This document shows, one piece after another, positions 30,148 to 40,717 of a stretch of DNA of 64,000 nucleotides (within the stretch, counting starts at the first letter, position 1; the number at the start of each line of letters is the position of its first letter). Source of the stretch: Syntrophorhabdaceae bacterium (GTDB lineage Bacteria; Desulfobacterota; Syntrophorhabdia; Syntrophorhabdales; Syntrophorhabdaceae); NCBI GenBank assembly GCA_963666485.2, contig CAXXUO010000009.1:32001-96000 (forward strand). The letters are read 5' to 3'. Made by a program: the position numbers and the translations under genes. The notes beneath the pieces were generated by a model. It worked only from the letters and a program-made list of their open reading frames with translations, did no database searches and was not told where the DNA came from.

Positions 30148-30285
30148 CGTAAAGGGCCGTACCTGTAGGTCCGGGTGCCGGTGCGATCACTGACGATGGC
30201 GCAGGCGCCGTGTAATGGCCGCAAGAAGTCATCTCGCGATTTTCGAAAGGGAACAAACACATCCTATCCATATAAGAGAGGGAAC

Positions 30286-31245
30286 ATGAAGATACATCAT
30301 TATGCGATACTGGTCGTTATTGCATTAGGGGCCATGCTGTTCTGTGCTGACCATGCCGCCGGCCAGCACGTCATTGGCTACAAGCTCGATGCAAAAAACC
30401 GCCCGGTCTCGACGCCCGTTATCGGCCAGTTCGCCGTGCATACGTACCCGGAGGCCGTCGATAACAACAACAAGCCTATCGCCTGGGGTGCGCTTGGCGG
30501 CAATACCGGTGGCGACATCCTGAGCAATACCACCACCGAATGTTCGGGCAGCAGGAAATGCATCGACATCAGCACCGTCAATTATATCATGTCGGAAGCG
30601 CCCTGCATATGGCCGGTCAAGCCCTATTATGCGGTTGTGGGCATCTGCTGGAACGCCACGAACCGTGGGCTCTTCTTCACGGGGAAGACCGTGCATGACG
30701 TGAAGTTCTACAATATTGCAGAATGGTGGTTCGGGACATACGGCCTCGATGAAGGATCCATGTGCCTTACCAACACGTGTAAACAGGGGCGGGAACTCTA
30801 CAGCTGGAGCAAGTGCATCAGGGCCGCGACCGATAAATATCCCTGGCAGGGCATACCCGGGGACAGGGTCATGGCGGCGCCAAATCCCAGGATAAACCTC
30901 TACAACAAGTATTACGGTCCGCACGCCAGCAGCTTTCACGACGAGAACACGTGGACGAGGTACCTTCAGGACCTTGTCGATCTACAGCTCAATGAAAAGC
31001 TCCCGGGCTTGAGCGGCGATAAACGGACCCGGATCATTGCGATACACAAGAAGATGCTGCAGAAGAGGGATCAGCTGGTCCTTACCAGCGAGAACACCGC
31101 CCATTATCAGCAGGGCCTGGAGACTTCTTTCAACAATGTTCTGGAAGAATGCAAAAAAGTGTTCACGGACGAGGAATACAAAAAGTTTTTCGGGGCCGAA
31201 AAGCGAGAGAAGTTCGCACTGCCCCTCGAGGCATCCTTTCGCTGA
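30286..31245 (+). CDS. Exported hypothetical protein
   Basis: GAGGG RBS, signal peptide MKIHHYAILVVIALG, Cys-containing mature domain. Confidence 0.65.
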   Translation: MKIHHYAILVVIALGAMLFCADHAAGQHVIGYKLDAKNRPVSTPVIGQFAVHTYPEAVDNNNKPIAWGALGGNTGGDILSNTTTECSGSRKCIDISTVNYIMSEAPCIWPVKPYYAVVGICWNATNRGLFFTGKTVHDVKFYNIAEWWFGTYGLDEGSMCLTNTCKQGRELYSWSKCIRAATDKYPWQGIPGDRVMAAPNPRINLYNKYYGPHASSFHDENTWTRYLQDLVDLQLNEKLPGLSGDKRTRIIAIHKKMLQKRDQLVLTSENTAHYQQGLETSFNNVLEECKKVFTDEEYKKFFGAEKREKFALPLEASFR

Positions 31246-31246
31246 T

Positions 31247-32482
31247 TCACTCGCTCTTTTTCGGGGTGCCGACCGCCGCCGCGTAGCACTCGTCAAGATG
31301 AAGGGCAACGAGGTTGACGAGGACAGGGTCGACCTCATTCTCTTTTTCCATGGAGCGCAGGAATGTGAGGATCTCGCCGGGCGGGACAGGCCCCCGGTAC
31401 GGGCGGTTCTGGGCGAGCGCCTGAAAAATGTCCGCAACCTTGATGATGCGGGATTCCAGCGCTATTTCTCCCGCGAGCAGATGGAAGGGGTACCCATCGC
31501 CCCGAAGCGTTTCGTGGTGCTCTGACGCCCATCTCGCCAGTTGATCGAAACCACCTATCCTTCGGAGGATCTGGTGGGTGGCAAAGCTGTGCCTTTTCAT
31601 GAGGGCCCGCTCGGCCGGGCTCAATTTAGCCGGGCTTTCAAGCACCTCGTCCGGGATCTGGAGCTTGCCGATATCGTGGAAAAGAGCGGCCGTCTCTATG
31701 AGGTCGAGGCCCTCCCCCGTGATCCCCGCCATTCCCGCAAGGACCCGGGAAAGCCTGGCAACCCCCAGGGAGTGTTCCGTCGTGAAATGCGATTTGGCAT
31801 CGACGATCTCGGCTATGATAAGGGCGAACCTTTTCAGTTCCTCCAGGTTTATCGTAAGTTTCCGCGACATGCACCCCATGTCCGCCACAAACTGGGGGAT
31901 GAAGTCCTCATCGAGCAAAAGCCAGAACGCTTCCGACCGGGAGGCATCGAGAAAGGCCCCGACCAATTCAGGTGAAAAGAATGTCCCCCGGTGCCGGTCA
32001 ATGAGGTCCCGTATCTCCTCAACATGGAGAAGAAGCGCGTTGTCTGCATAATAAGGCGCCGCGTTCACATCGACCCGGTCAACAAGATATATGAGGTTGG
32101 CAAAACGGGCCACCCGAGGGTCGGGCTTCAAGGCCGCAAGATCTTCCCAGTGCGTATGGTGATACCGGACAATGGGCGCGATACCGGCAAGGGGCCCAAA
32201 ATCCTTAAGGAGGTTGAATCCCCTGTCGCAATGTTCCCCGGAACCTTCCCAATCAAGTTCGTTTACCAGGTTCTGGTGGACCCGGGTAGAAGACACGCCG
32301 CAATCATGGAGCACCCCCGCGTCGAAGATCAGGCCCTGATCATCGTCATCCCATCCGAGCTGTCTTGCGCATTCGACGGCCATAACAGCGACGCGGCGCC
32401 CGTGGAGGACGTCATCCACCCCGACAAGATCGACCGCACTGCCGATTGCCAGCACCACCTGGCGAATATCGATATTCATCAT
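31247..32482 (-). CDS. Tandem HD / HD-GYP phosphohydrolase
   Basis: LHDCG and FHDIGK, YHHTHW, HHETLRGDGYP, ADIFQAL..RPYR. Confidence 0.88.
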   Translation of the reverse strand: MMNIDIRQVVLAIGSAVDLVGVDDVLHGRRVAVMAVECARQLGWDDDDQGLIFDAGVLHDCGVSSTRVHQNLVNELDWEGSGEHCDRGFNLLKDFGPLAGIAPIVRYHHTHWEDLAALKPDPRVARFANLIYLVDRVDVNAAPYYADNALLLHVEEIRDLIDRHRGTFFSPELVGAFLDASRSEAFWLLLDEDFIPQFVADMGCMSRKLTINLEELKRFALIIAEIVDAKSHFTTEHSLGVARLSRVLAGMAGITGEGLDLIETAALFHDIGKLQIPDEVLESPAKLSPAERALMKRHSFATHQILRRIGGFDQLARWASEHHETLRGDGYPFHLLAGEIALESRIIKVADIFQALAQNRPYRGPVPPGEILTFLRSMEKENEVDPVLVNLVALHLDECYAAAVGTPKKSE

Positions 32483-32750
32483 TGCACCACTTATTTTTCA
32501 TGATACACCTTCTTTTTTTTACTATCAATACCACCTTGTTAAGGAATACTATTTGTTACGGGGAGGTGGGGCATGGCAATTATTAACTCTCATACCTCCG
32601 GGGGTAGTTTATTACGGTTTCGCCCGGCGATGCTTTCGACCTTTGTTAACAATGTGCGTCGATAATTCCTGAACATTACGTGCAGGATATGTCTCCATTA
32701 CGTGTTGGTCGAGAAAATGAAAAACTCATAGGAATGGGGCCGGCCCTCTT

Positions 32751-33056
32751 TCAGGCCCAGGAAAAAACCTCGTACTGCACCTCGTTCTTTTCAAGGAAGT
32801 TCCCGAACTCGCTGTAGCATGTATTGGTGTTGAAAGTGCCGGCAATGGCCTTCAGCAAACCTTCTTTATCATCTCCGGCAATGCCGAACAAGGGGTATAT
32901 CTTTTCGACCTCTTCTTTCTTTATTGTCGTTGCGTACTCGTAATCGCTATCCCCCCAGTACTCCTCCACGGTCGTGCCAATATCATACCCTTCGACAATC
33001 AGGTCCTCTCCATTGAAGTATGCCTCTACGGTGACGCGAATATCGTCCCTTTCCAA
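32751..33056 (-). CDS. Hypothetical protein (start uncertain)
   Basis: Acidic protein with G.D...WGDSDYEY; co-directional with neighbours. Confidence 0.6.
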   Translation of the reverse strand: MERDDIRVTVEAYFNGEDLIVEGYDIGTTVEEYWGDSDYEYATTIKKEEVEKIYPLFGIAGDDKEGLLKAIAGTFNTNTCYSEFGNFLEKNEVQYEVFSWA

Positions 33057-33094
33057 TCGATATAATGTAACTCTTCCTGTGTCCTGCCCCGTTT

Positions 33095-33502
33095 CTATTT
33101 GTCGCCGCCGGTTTTTTGTTTATCGCGCCCCTTCTCCTTTTCAGCGTCCTCTTCCATGTGGTGCAGGCGCGTATAATAATCGGGAAATTCCTCCAGGTGG
33201 TCCATGGATATCTCGAGGGCCCTCAGCTTGTTCGTGGTGTGCTCCTGCTCCACAGTTATTCCCATGATAAGCTGCTGGAGATCGTATTTCGTGACCTGCT
33301 GACCGTCGGCCCTCCCCCCTTTCATGCTGTCCTTGAAATCCTTAATGTCGATGCCGTGGGCGTTCCGGATGGCGGTGCGGTATTCTTCGAACTTTTGCGC
33401 CTGGTCCGGCTGCTGTGCGGATAAGGCCGGAGCCGTACAAAATACCGTTAAGATAAAAAGGCATACCGATGCAAACTTTACAAACAGGGCTGTTCTCTTC
33501 AT
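33095..33502 (-). CDS. Exported protein with DUF5661-like domain
   Basis: GITVEQEH...ISMDHLEEFPDYYTRL; GGGAGG RBS. Confidence 0.75.
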   Translation of the reverse strand: MKRTALFVKFASVCLFILTVFCTAPALSAQQPDQAQKFEEYRTAIRNAHGIDIKDFKDSMKGGRADGQQVTKYDLQQLIMGITVEQEHTTNKLRALEISMDHLEEFPDYYTRLHHMEEDAEKEKGRDKQKTGGDK

Positions 33503-33591
33503 TATGGCCCTCCCTGCTTATCTCTTCCCAAATTGTATTCTCACAGTCTCTATTCTTTCAAGGAGAAGTTGAGCGTCGGGCCCGTCCTTCT

Positions 33592-34215
33592 TCACGGCAA
33601 TTGCAGCGTTGCCATTACCCGGTCGAATTCGTTCCTGACCATATCGAAATCTTGGTCCCTGTCAGCAGACGCCGTGAACAGAAGCACGTTGTCCGGTGAT
33701 CTCTGGACGAGGTACTGAATATACTTCTCGTTGTCCCTGTAGGCATTGGCAATAAGATAGAGTGTAGCTGCCCCTCCCATCTGCCCGAAACGGCATTCAA
33801 AGAAAGTGACAGGTTTGGTGGAGAGCTTTCCGAACTCTTCTATAAAACTCTGACAGGCGGACACCTCGCCCTCTTTCGGTTGGGCTATCGTACCGACATC
33901 CCGGTAAACAGCTATGTTGAATACAGGGGAACCGGTCTTATAAAAATATTCGATCTCACCGCCGGAGAGTTTCTCTTTCAGCTTGTGGTACAATTCCTGC
34001 GGCAAATTCCTGATGGTGTTATTCTTCTCGGCAGTATGAAGAGCTGCCTTCGCAATATCAGGTGTGTCTTTTACATCCGTGCCGCGTATGACCGTCCAGC
34101 CGTCCGGGAGGGTTATGCTGAACCCGAAACTGCTTCGATAGGTAACGTCTGCCGCCGCGTACCCACATATACAAAAGAACAGGAGAATACTGATATATGC
34201 GGTCCTTTTTCCCAT
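33592..34215 (-). CDS. Exported hypothetical protein
   Basis: Signal peptide; GFSITLPDGW. Confidence 0.7.
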   Translation of the reverse strand: MGKRTAYISILLFFCICGYAAADVTYRSSFGFSITLPDGWTVIRGTDVKDTPDIAKAALHTAEKNNTIRNLPQELYHKLKEKLSGGEIEYFYKTGSPVFNIAVYRDVGTIAQPKEGEVSACQSFIEEFGKLSTKPVTFFECRFGQMGGAATLYLIANAYRDNEKYIQYLVQRSPDNVLLFTASADRDQDFDMVRNEFDRVMATLQLP

Positions 34216-34227
34216 TGGGCACCCCCT

Positions 34228-34467
34228 TTATCTGTGCCGCCTCTTCTTGGATTCATCGACGATGAGCCCGCCCACTGCGCCCGCAGCAGCCCCGATGGCC
34301 GCGCCACCCAGCACGCTGTGGCCGGTAACGGCGCCCACTGCAGCTCCGGCCCCTGCTCCGATCGCTCCACCGCTCAATACCCTCTGCTCCCTTGAGGACA
34401 TGCCGGCACAACCGGCAATGAGGCCGAGCAAAAGAAACACAATGATAAGCGTCCGTAAAATTTTCAT
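34228..34467 (-). CDS. Glycine-zipper lipoprotein
   Basis: Lipobox IAGC; GGAIGAGAGAAVG; AGGAGG RBS. Confidence 0.85.
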   Translation of the reverse strand: MKILRTLIIVFLLLGLIAGCAGMSSREQRVLSGGAIGAGAGAAVGAVTGHSVLGGAAIGAAAGAVGGLIVDESKKRRHR

Positions 34468-34644
34468 AAGAGGCCTCCTTTGCAGTAAAACCCGGCTTTA
34501 CCCCTAGTCTTCGATATAATCAGGATATTTTGGGTGTCAAGGGCAGATGGATGGGCCGCTCGTCCCGGGACCGACTTAAGCCCCGTCCGTAGAGGCATAG
34601 TGCCGGGGTGATCGAGTTGAGATCCTCTTGAGATGCAGCAGAAA

Positions 34645-35670
34645 TTAACGCGGCCGGCTTCTTCCGTGGTCCTCCCGGATAATGTCACGGATCCGCTGCG
34701 CTTTCTCCGAATAGAGATGGATGCCCTCCCAGTTGGGCTCGCCGGTGATCTTTTGCATCAAAAGGCCGTCCGTACCAAACCAGAGGGGCAGGATACCGCC
34801 GAAAAAATACCCCCGGCTGCGCAGATGTCCCGTCAGGCCCCCTATCCATGGCCATGACAGGTTGAGCCACACCTGGAGGACGATCGTTCCTTTGTCCAGC
34901 GCTTCAACCTCATACCGCTCAAAGACATCGCGAAAGTCGGGCCCGGCATCCCGGACGACAAAACGCCCCACCGAGGCAGATTCGAAGACCCGGCTTTCAA
35001 TGGAAGTTGTCAATCCCCCGGGAATCGCCGCGCCTGCCTTTGCGACAATAGCGCCGCTATTGAAGCCATCATATATGAACCGCATGGCTTCTTCGTATTC
35101 CCCGGGTGCATAGACGGTATGTTCCGCAGGGCGGTATATCCTGGTCATGTGCAGGGACGCCACCCGGCCCGTCGCACTGCCTTCCCTGGCAAAGGCATCC
35201 GCAGGCATGAGGTCCACCTCGAGCGCCGTTTCGATGGCCCCGCCACGGGCCATTGTCTTCTGCGCGTAGACATGATTGCAGACAACCTCTGCGAAATATG
35301 CATCGACACCGTATGACGGGGCGGTAACCTCACTCAAATAACGCTCCATAACATGGGAAAGACCATACTGACGGTATTCGCCATGTATAAGTCCCTGTCC
35401 CACTTCGTAAATGGCTTTGTTCGGTGCGGACCTGAAAAGGCTTACATATCCGGAGAGCTTTCCCTTCGACGAACGCGCGACGATGGGTATATTTTCATTG
35501 TTGTTAAAGGCCTCTACGAGCGCGTCCGGTTCGTATACCAGCCTTACCGGATAGTTCTCGCCGTATACGCTGCGGAACAGCTCGCCGACATGCGCCGCAT
35601 CGCCGGGCTGAAAGATGTCGACGGTTATCTGCTCTTCCGGGCTTATCTCTATGATAGGCAGATCGCTCAA
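34645..35670 (-). CDS. GNAT-like hypothetical protein
   Basis: LFRSVYGENYP, YEVGQGLIHGEYRQYGL, EVVCNHVYAQK; overlaps the upstream CoA-transferase by 4 nt. Confidence 0.7.
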   Translation of the reverse strand: MSDLPIIEISPEEQITVDIFQPGDAAHVGELFRSVYGENYPVRLVYEPDALVEAFNNNENIPIVARSSKGKLSGYVSLFRSAPNKAIYEVGQGLIHGEYRQYGLSHVMERYLSEVTAPSYGVDAYFAEVVCNHVYAQKTMARGGAIETALEVDLMPADAFAREGSATGRVASLHMTRIYRPAEHTVYAPGEYEEAMRFIYDGFNSGAIVAKAGAAIPGGLTTSIESRVFESASVGRFVVRDAGPDFRDVFERYEVEALDKGTIVLQVWLNLSWPWIGGLTGHLRSRGYFFGGILPLWFGTDGLLMQKITGEPNWEGIHLYSEKAQRIRDIIREDHGRSRPR

Positions 35671-36980
35671 ATAAGGTACATGTCCTCCGCTTTGCGAAGA
35701 AGCTCATCCCGGTGATCGGGATGGGCGAGCCCGATGATGGCGAGGGCCCTCTCCCGTGTCGACTTGCCTTTCAGGTTTGCCTCCCCGAATTCCGTCACGA
35801 GGATATGCGTGTCCGTCCTGGGCGTTGTCACTATGGTGCCGCGATCGAGACGGTCGACAATCCGCGATATCTTCTTTTTCCCCGCGGTCGCATAAAAGGC
35901 AAGGATCGACTTGCCTTCCTTCGCGTCGAAGGCGCCGCGGACAAAATCGAGCTGCCCTCCCGTGCCGCTGTACTGGCCGCCGTGGAGGAACTCGGAATTG
36001 CACTGGCCCGTCAGGTCGACCTGGAGCACGGCGTTCACGGATATCATCCTGTCATTTTGCGCTATGATCGAAGGGCTGTTCGTATAGGAAAAAGGGTAAC
36101 TTTCAACGGCAGGGTTGCCGTCGATGAAATCGAGCATTTCCCTGTCACCCAGGGCGAAGCTGAATATGTGCTTCCGGGGGTGGAGCGTTTTCCTGGACCC
36201 GTCGACAATACCTTTCTTTATAAGGCCCACCATTACCTGGCTGAAAAGTTCCGTATGGATGCCCAGGTTCTTATGCCCTTCGAGGTGGTTTGCCACCGCA
36301 CTGGGGAGAGCGCCGATGCCGAGCTGGAGGCATGCCCCGTCCGGTATCATATCGGCTATCTTCTTCCCGATGATGTCGTCTTCCGGCCTCGCATCATACC
36401 CCGGCGGTGAAAAGATCGGCTCATGGTTCTCAACGATCGCATCGACCTCGGAGATATGAATGAAGGAATCCCCGGCGACCCGGGGCATGAACCGGTTGAC
36501 CTCGACGATAAAGTATTTGGCCTCCCGCGCCGCGGTAGACGTCATATCGTTTGCGGTCCCAAAGGAAAAATACCCGTTCTTATCCATGGGGGACATTGTC
36601 GCCGCGCAGACATCCACCCCGATGAATTCCCTGATAAGCCGCGGTGTCTGGTGCATGTGGTTGGGAACGAAACTCGTCAGCCCCGACCTCACGAGCCCGC
36701 GCTGCGCCACGCCTATGAACAGGGAGTGGACGTCGACACAATCCATGAGGTCCACGGCCATCAGCGTGCTCGAGACATGCTTCAAAGGAAGGCCCGTCAA
36801 AAGCTTTATTCTTTTCAGGTCGCCCGACCTGAGCCTTTCAGTCAACGCCCTGAGCACCGCCGGGGGCTCGGCCAGGACCATGCCGGTTACAAACATATCG
36901 TCATTTTTTATACGCCCGACGGCCTTCTCAGCCGTTACCAGCTTCTTTGCATATTCTTTTTCATGCATAGAATACCTCAC
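35667..36980 (-). CDS. Acetyl-CoA hydrolase/transferase family (4-hydroxybutyrate CoA-transferase-like)
   Basis: GACLQLGIGALP, LGIHTE, VDLTGQ, YSGTGGQLDFVRGA, VTEFG. Confidence 0.92.
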   Translation of the reverse strand: MRYSMHEKEYAKKLVTAEKAVGRIKNDDMFVTGMVLAEPPAVLRALTERLRSGDLKRIKLLTGLPLKHVSSTLMAVDLMDCVDVHSLFIGVAQRGLVRSGLTSFVPNHMHQTPRLIREFIGVDVCAATMSPMDKNGYFSFGTANDMTSTAAREAKYFIVEVNRFMPRVAGDSFIHISEVDAIVENHEPIFSPPGYDARPEDDIIGKKIADMIPDGACLQLGIGALPSAVANHLEGHKNLGIHTELFSQVMVGLIKKGIVDGSRKTLHPRKHIFSFALGDREMLDFIDGNPAVESYPFSYTNSPSIIAQNDRMISVNAVLQVDLTGQCNSEFLHGGQYSGTGGQLDFVRGAFDAKEGKSILAFYATAGKKKISRIVDRLDRGTIVTTPRTDTHILVTEFGEANLKGKSTRERALAIIGLAHPDHRDELLRKAEDMYLI

Positions 36981-37151
36981 GTGAAATTCGCAAGATGGTC
37001 CCCGCTTTATTCAACCATTATCGAATCGTCTGGTTTTATGCAAGGAAAATCGAACGGCCCCGGGATGAGAAATGCCGACCGGGAGAGACCTGTTCCCATT
37101 GATCGAGGCCGCCTCAACGGGCGTCTTATTGATTGATAAGTGCTGACACTG

Positions 37152-38462
37152 CTAGGACCCGCCGGTCCCGCCACGACTTTTCAGAATTTCGGCTATTTCC
37201 CGGTCCTTCCCCGATCCGCCCCAGGTATAATAGAGGGGCGTCTTACCCTGCAGGTTCCTTGCGTTGACGTCTGCCCCATGATCGACCAGGAGTTGAACCA
37301 TCTCTTTGCTTTTTGACGATACGGCCCAATGCAGGGGCGTGTATCCATATTTATCCCTGGAATTGATATCTCCGCCGCGTTTCAGGAGAAGATCGATCAC
37401 ATCTTTCCTCTTTCGGGCGACGGCGTTATGCAACACGGTCTTTCCCTCCCTGGTCCGGCAGTTGATGTCCGCACCGTAGCTTACCAGGATACGAATGGTT
37501 TCGGCATTGTTCTGTATTGCGGCTTCAGTGTCAGGCTGCGATAGAGAGATGGTGAGCGGTGTTTCACCGGCGGAATCTACTGCATTGACGTTAACGCCCC
37601 TGGCGCAGAGCCATTCCACGATATCCGGGCGGTTCCTCATGGCGGCCTGGTGAAGGGGGGTCCTACCCTCATAGCCCTTTGTTTCAAGCATCGCCCCGCG
37701 GGCAAAAAGCAGCTGTGCAATATCCCTGCTCCCGGCAAGATGAATCGGGGCAAATCCGTCTTTCGTTTTCATGTGAACATCGGCTTTACTATTAAGGAGG
37801 AGTTCAACCATGTCCCGATGGTTTTCGGCTGCCGTTGTCAATGGCGTGCCGAACCTGTCGCGGGCATTGACATCAGCCCCGTTGTCGATCAGGCAGCGTG
37901 CAAAACCGGTATTGCCAACAGATGCGACGATGTGCAGGGCCGTGGAACCAAATATATCCTTCGCATTCACATCGGCCCTGTTTTCGAGAAGCACCTTGGC
38001 TACCTCGATATTCCCGCTGCCGGCGGTGACGTGAAGAGGAGCGCGCGAAAAAACATCTTTGGCATTGACATTCGCTCCGTAAGAGATCAGCAGTTCTGCC
38101 ATGACCTTGCTGTTTGCCCGCCAGTTCTTGAAATCCTGTTCAATGTTCCTGGACTCTTTGAACGCCCGTTTCATGTATGCGCCGGACATCACCGGGTGCG
38201 CCCCGCACAAATGCAAAAACGTTTTCTTATCCCGGTCACGGGCCTTGACCGCGGAGGGGGTATTCTTCAAAATGGTTCTTAAGGTATCTACGTCGCCTAT
38301 CGATAGAGCCTCTACGATCTGAGGCGTTCGATCCTCGGAGCCTCCGTCAGCGCATGATGAGAAGATTGAGGTCCCGAAAGCAAGCAATACGAGCAAAGTA
38401 ACCGTGCGGCCCCGCCTTGCCCCCCTTTTCGCTCTCACCATCGCTCCCTCGTTCCACGCCAT
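37152..38462 (-). CDS. Ankyrin-repeat protein, probable lipoprotein
   Basis: Repeated TPLH.A / GADVNA motifs; FSSC lipobox-like; start uncertain. Confidence 0.88.
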   Translation of the reverse strand: MAWNEGAMVRAKRGARRGRTVTLLVLLAFGTSIFSSCADGGSEDRTPQIVEALSIGDVDTLRTILKNTPSAVKARDRDKKTFLHLCGAHPVMSGAYMKRAFKESRNIEQDFKNWRANSKVMAELLISYGANVNAKDVFSRAPLHVTAGSGNIEVAKVLLENRADVNAKDIFGSTALHIVASVGNTGFARCLIDNGADVNARDRFGTPLTTAAENHRDMVELLLNSKADVHMKTKDGFAPIHLAGSRDIAQLLFARGAMLETKGYEGRTPLHQAAMRNRPDIVEWLCARGVNVNAVDSAGETPLTISLSQPDTEAAIQNNAETIRILVSYGADINCRTREGKTVLHNAVARKRKDVIDLLLKRGGDINSRDKYGYTPLHWAVSSKSKEMVQLLVDHGADVNARNLQGKTPLYYTWGGSGKDREIAEILKSRGGTGGS

Positions 38463-38664
38463 TTGTTTGCGAGAATCCGCGTTTTCTCTCTTCTTTTCAT
38501 CTATATACCGGGCACGGTTTTGTCAATCAGGCGGGAAGCCGCGACATATCTCCCGCAATGCCGGCGGTGATGTAGTGGTCGATTCAGCATTCTGATAATG
38601 ATATAATCGTCCATAATCACGAGCAAAGGACGCAAGTCATGGCAAGGGCGAAAGGACGTGTGTA

Positions 38665-39273
38665 ATGTTCAATAAAAAAGGTGGTTTAACTTTCGATGAT
38701 ATCCTCAAGTCCAGCTGGAAACTTCTTCATGACGGAGCTCGTAATTTCAGAAGCCCGTTTCACCATGCAGGTCTCAGCACTATCGATAACAACATTCCTC
38801 AAAGCCGGATGGTCATACTGAGAGAGTTTTCTGAAATAGACCGGACACTTTTATGCCACTGCGACGTACGGGGCCCAAAGGTCTCGCAGATCCAAAAAAA
38901 TCCCCATACAAGCTGGCTATTCTATGACCCCAAAAAATGGCTGCAATTGCGTCTGACGGGAACTGCGTCGCTCCACGCTGACGATGACCTCGCCGATTCA
39001 CAGTGGAAAGAGGTAAAACTGCATCACCGCGTCAATTACTGCACCGGGACGGCGCCCGGCTCGCCGACAGAAAAACCCGTCTCGGGCCTCCCTGACTTTC
39101 TCCTGGACAAAACATCCCATTTGCTTGACGAACCCTCTATCCGCACGAACTTTGCCGTGATCGTCTGCCGGTTCGACGAAATGGACTGGTTGTTGTTAAA
39201 ACTCACGGGGCATATCCGGGCCAGGTTCCGCTGGGAAAACGACCGGACGGAAGCCTCGTGGCTTATCCCATAG
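38665..39273 (+). CDS. Pyridoxamine 5'-phosphate oxidase family FMN-binding protein
   Basis: SPFH..LST, PQSRMVILR, D.R.PK, LQLRL.G motifs. Confidence 0.8.
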   Translation: MFNKKGGLTFDDILKSSWKLLHDGARNFRSPFHHAGLSTIDNNIPQSRMVILREFSEIDRTLLCHCDVRGPKVSQIQKNPHTSWLFYDPKKWLQLRLTGTASLHADDDLADSQWKEVKLHHRVNYCTGTAPGSPTEKPVSGLPDFLLDKTSHLLDEPSIRTNFAVIVCRFDEMDWLLLKLTGHIRARFRWENDRTEASWLIP

Positions 39274-39568
39274 AGACCATGCTCCCGGGGTTATCAAACA
39301 TTCTCCATATTGTTTGGAAATAGATAGGCTGAAATGATATACTTCAACCGGGAAAAGTTGCTTGCTTCCGGAAGGCAAACCCTGTCTAACGTTCGAACAA
39401 AGCAGCTTAGCCGAAAATTATCGTCCGTCTCCCGCATTATGTCGGCGCAGGCGGTCAGTTAAGCCCCGCATGACATGAGGCTTCCCAGGCGAGGTATGGA
39501 TCCGGTTGAGTTGCGCCTGGGCGGCAAGGCCTGACCTGAATGCCATGCATTGCACGTAAGGAGGTCAT

Positions 39569-40702
39569 ATGAAATCATCAGTTCGCACTCTGATCGGAGT
39601 GGTCACAATCCTGTTCCTTTTGGCGGCCTTCGCAACTCCGGCCCTGGCCGGCGACATCAAGGTCGGCTTTGTCTTCAGTATGACCGGCGGCGCTGCGGTG
39701 TACGGCGCCAGCCAGAAAGAGGGCGCCAACCTGGCTATCGAACAGATCAATGCGGCCGCCGGCAAGGGATTGAAGATCGTTCCTGTTTTCGAGGATGACG
39801 CGAGCGTGCCTCAACAGGGAACCAACGCTTTTAACAAGCTCATAAACCGTGACAAGGTTTCCATCATCATCGGGCCGACCTTGAGCAACACGGCCAAGAT
39901 CACCGACGTCATCGCTCAAAAAGCCGGGGTGCCGGTACTTGCCATCAGCAACACCATATCCGGTATCACCGAGATCGGTGACTACATTTTCCGGGACTCC
40001 CTCACGGAAAACGTGGTCATTCCCCATACCGTCAAGGTCGCAAAAAACAAGTTGGGATTAAAGAAGGTCGCGATCCTGTATGGGAACGATGATGCGATGA
40101 CAAAAGCCACCTATGAGGTATTCAAAAAGGTCCTGAAGTCCTCGGGCATCCAGATACTGGGCGAACAGACCTTCGCCAAGGGGGACCGCGACTTTTCACC
40201 GCAGCTGACCCAGATCAAGGCCCTGAACCCTGACGCCATCATCGCCGCCGCCCTGGCGGAAGAGGCGTCCGGGATAGCGATCCAGGCGCGCCAACTGGGA
40301 ATACCCAAAACGGTGCGCATCATAGGCGGCAACGGCCTCAACTCACCCGGCCTGATCAAGAACGCGGGCGACGCTGCCGAAGGGATAATCGTGGGCGCCG
40401 CGTGGAACATCACGTCCACGGCACCGCTCAACGTCAAGTTTGTCAACGACTATACGAAGAAGTACAAACACGCCCCGGACCAGTTTGCTGCCCAGGCTTA
40501 TGCGGGCGTGCAGATCGCGTATCAGGCGGCGAAAGCGTCAGGCGGCGGTGCGAATCGAAAAGCGCTCCGCGATGCTCTCGCGAAGGTCAAGAACCTCGAC
40601 ACAGTGCTGGGCCGTTTCTCTTTTACCGAAGGCCGCGACGCCGACCACGCCGGCATAGTGCAGGAGGTCAAAGGCGGAAAGTTCGTTGTGTTGGGAAACT
40701 AG
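39569..40702 (+). CDS. livK: Branched-chain amino acid ABC transporter substrate-binding protein
   Basis: Signal peptide, IKVGFVFSMTG, IIGP, DFSPQLTQIK; first gene of a liv-type operon. Substrate not verified. Confidence 0.88.
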   Translation: MKSSVRTLIGVVTILFLLAAFATPALAGDIKVGFVFSMTGGAAVYGASQKEGANLAIEQINAAAGKGLKIVPVFEDDASVPQQGTNAFNKLINRDKVSIIIGPTLSNTAKITDVIAQKAGVPVLAISNTISGITEIGDYIFRDSLTENVVIPHTVKVAKNKLGLKKVAILYGNDDAMTKATYEVFKKVLKSSGIQILGEQTFAKGDRDFSPQLTQIKALNPDAIIAAALAEEASGIAIQARQLGIPKTVRIIGGNGLNSPGLIKNAGDAAEGIIVGAAWNITSTAPLNVKFVNDYTKKYKHAPDQFAAQAYAGVQIAYQAAKASGGGANRKALRDALAKVKNLDTVLGRFSFTEGRDADHAGIVQEVKGGKFVVLGN

Positions 40703-40717
40703 GGCATCTGCAGAACA

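Noticed and set aside
39373..39410. c-di-GMP-I riboswitch, from GGCAAACC...CAAAGC
   Set aside because: No GNRA-capped stem or GGACGC segment.
39510..39525. ZTP riboswitch, from CGCCTGGGC
   Set aside because: The 5' GACTGGCG/GTGG core is missing and the downstream genes do not fit.
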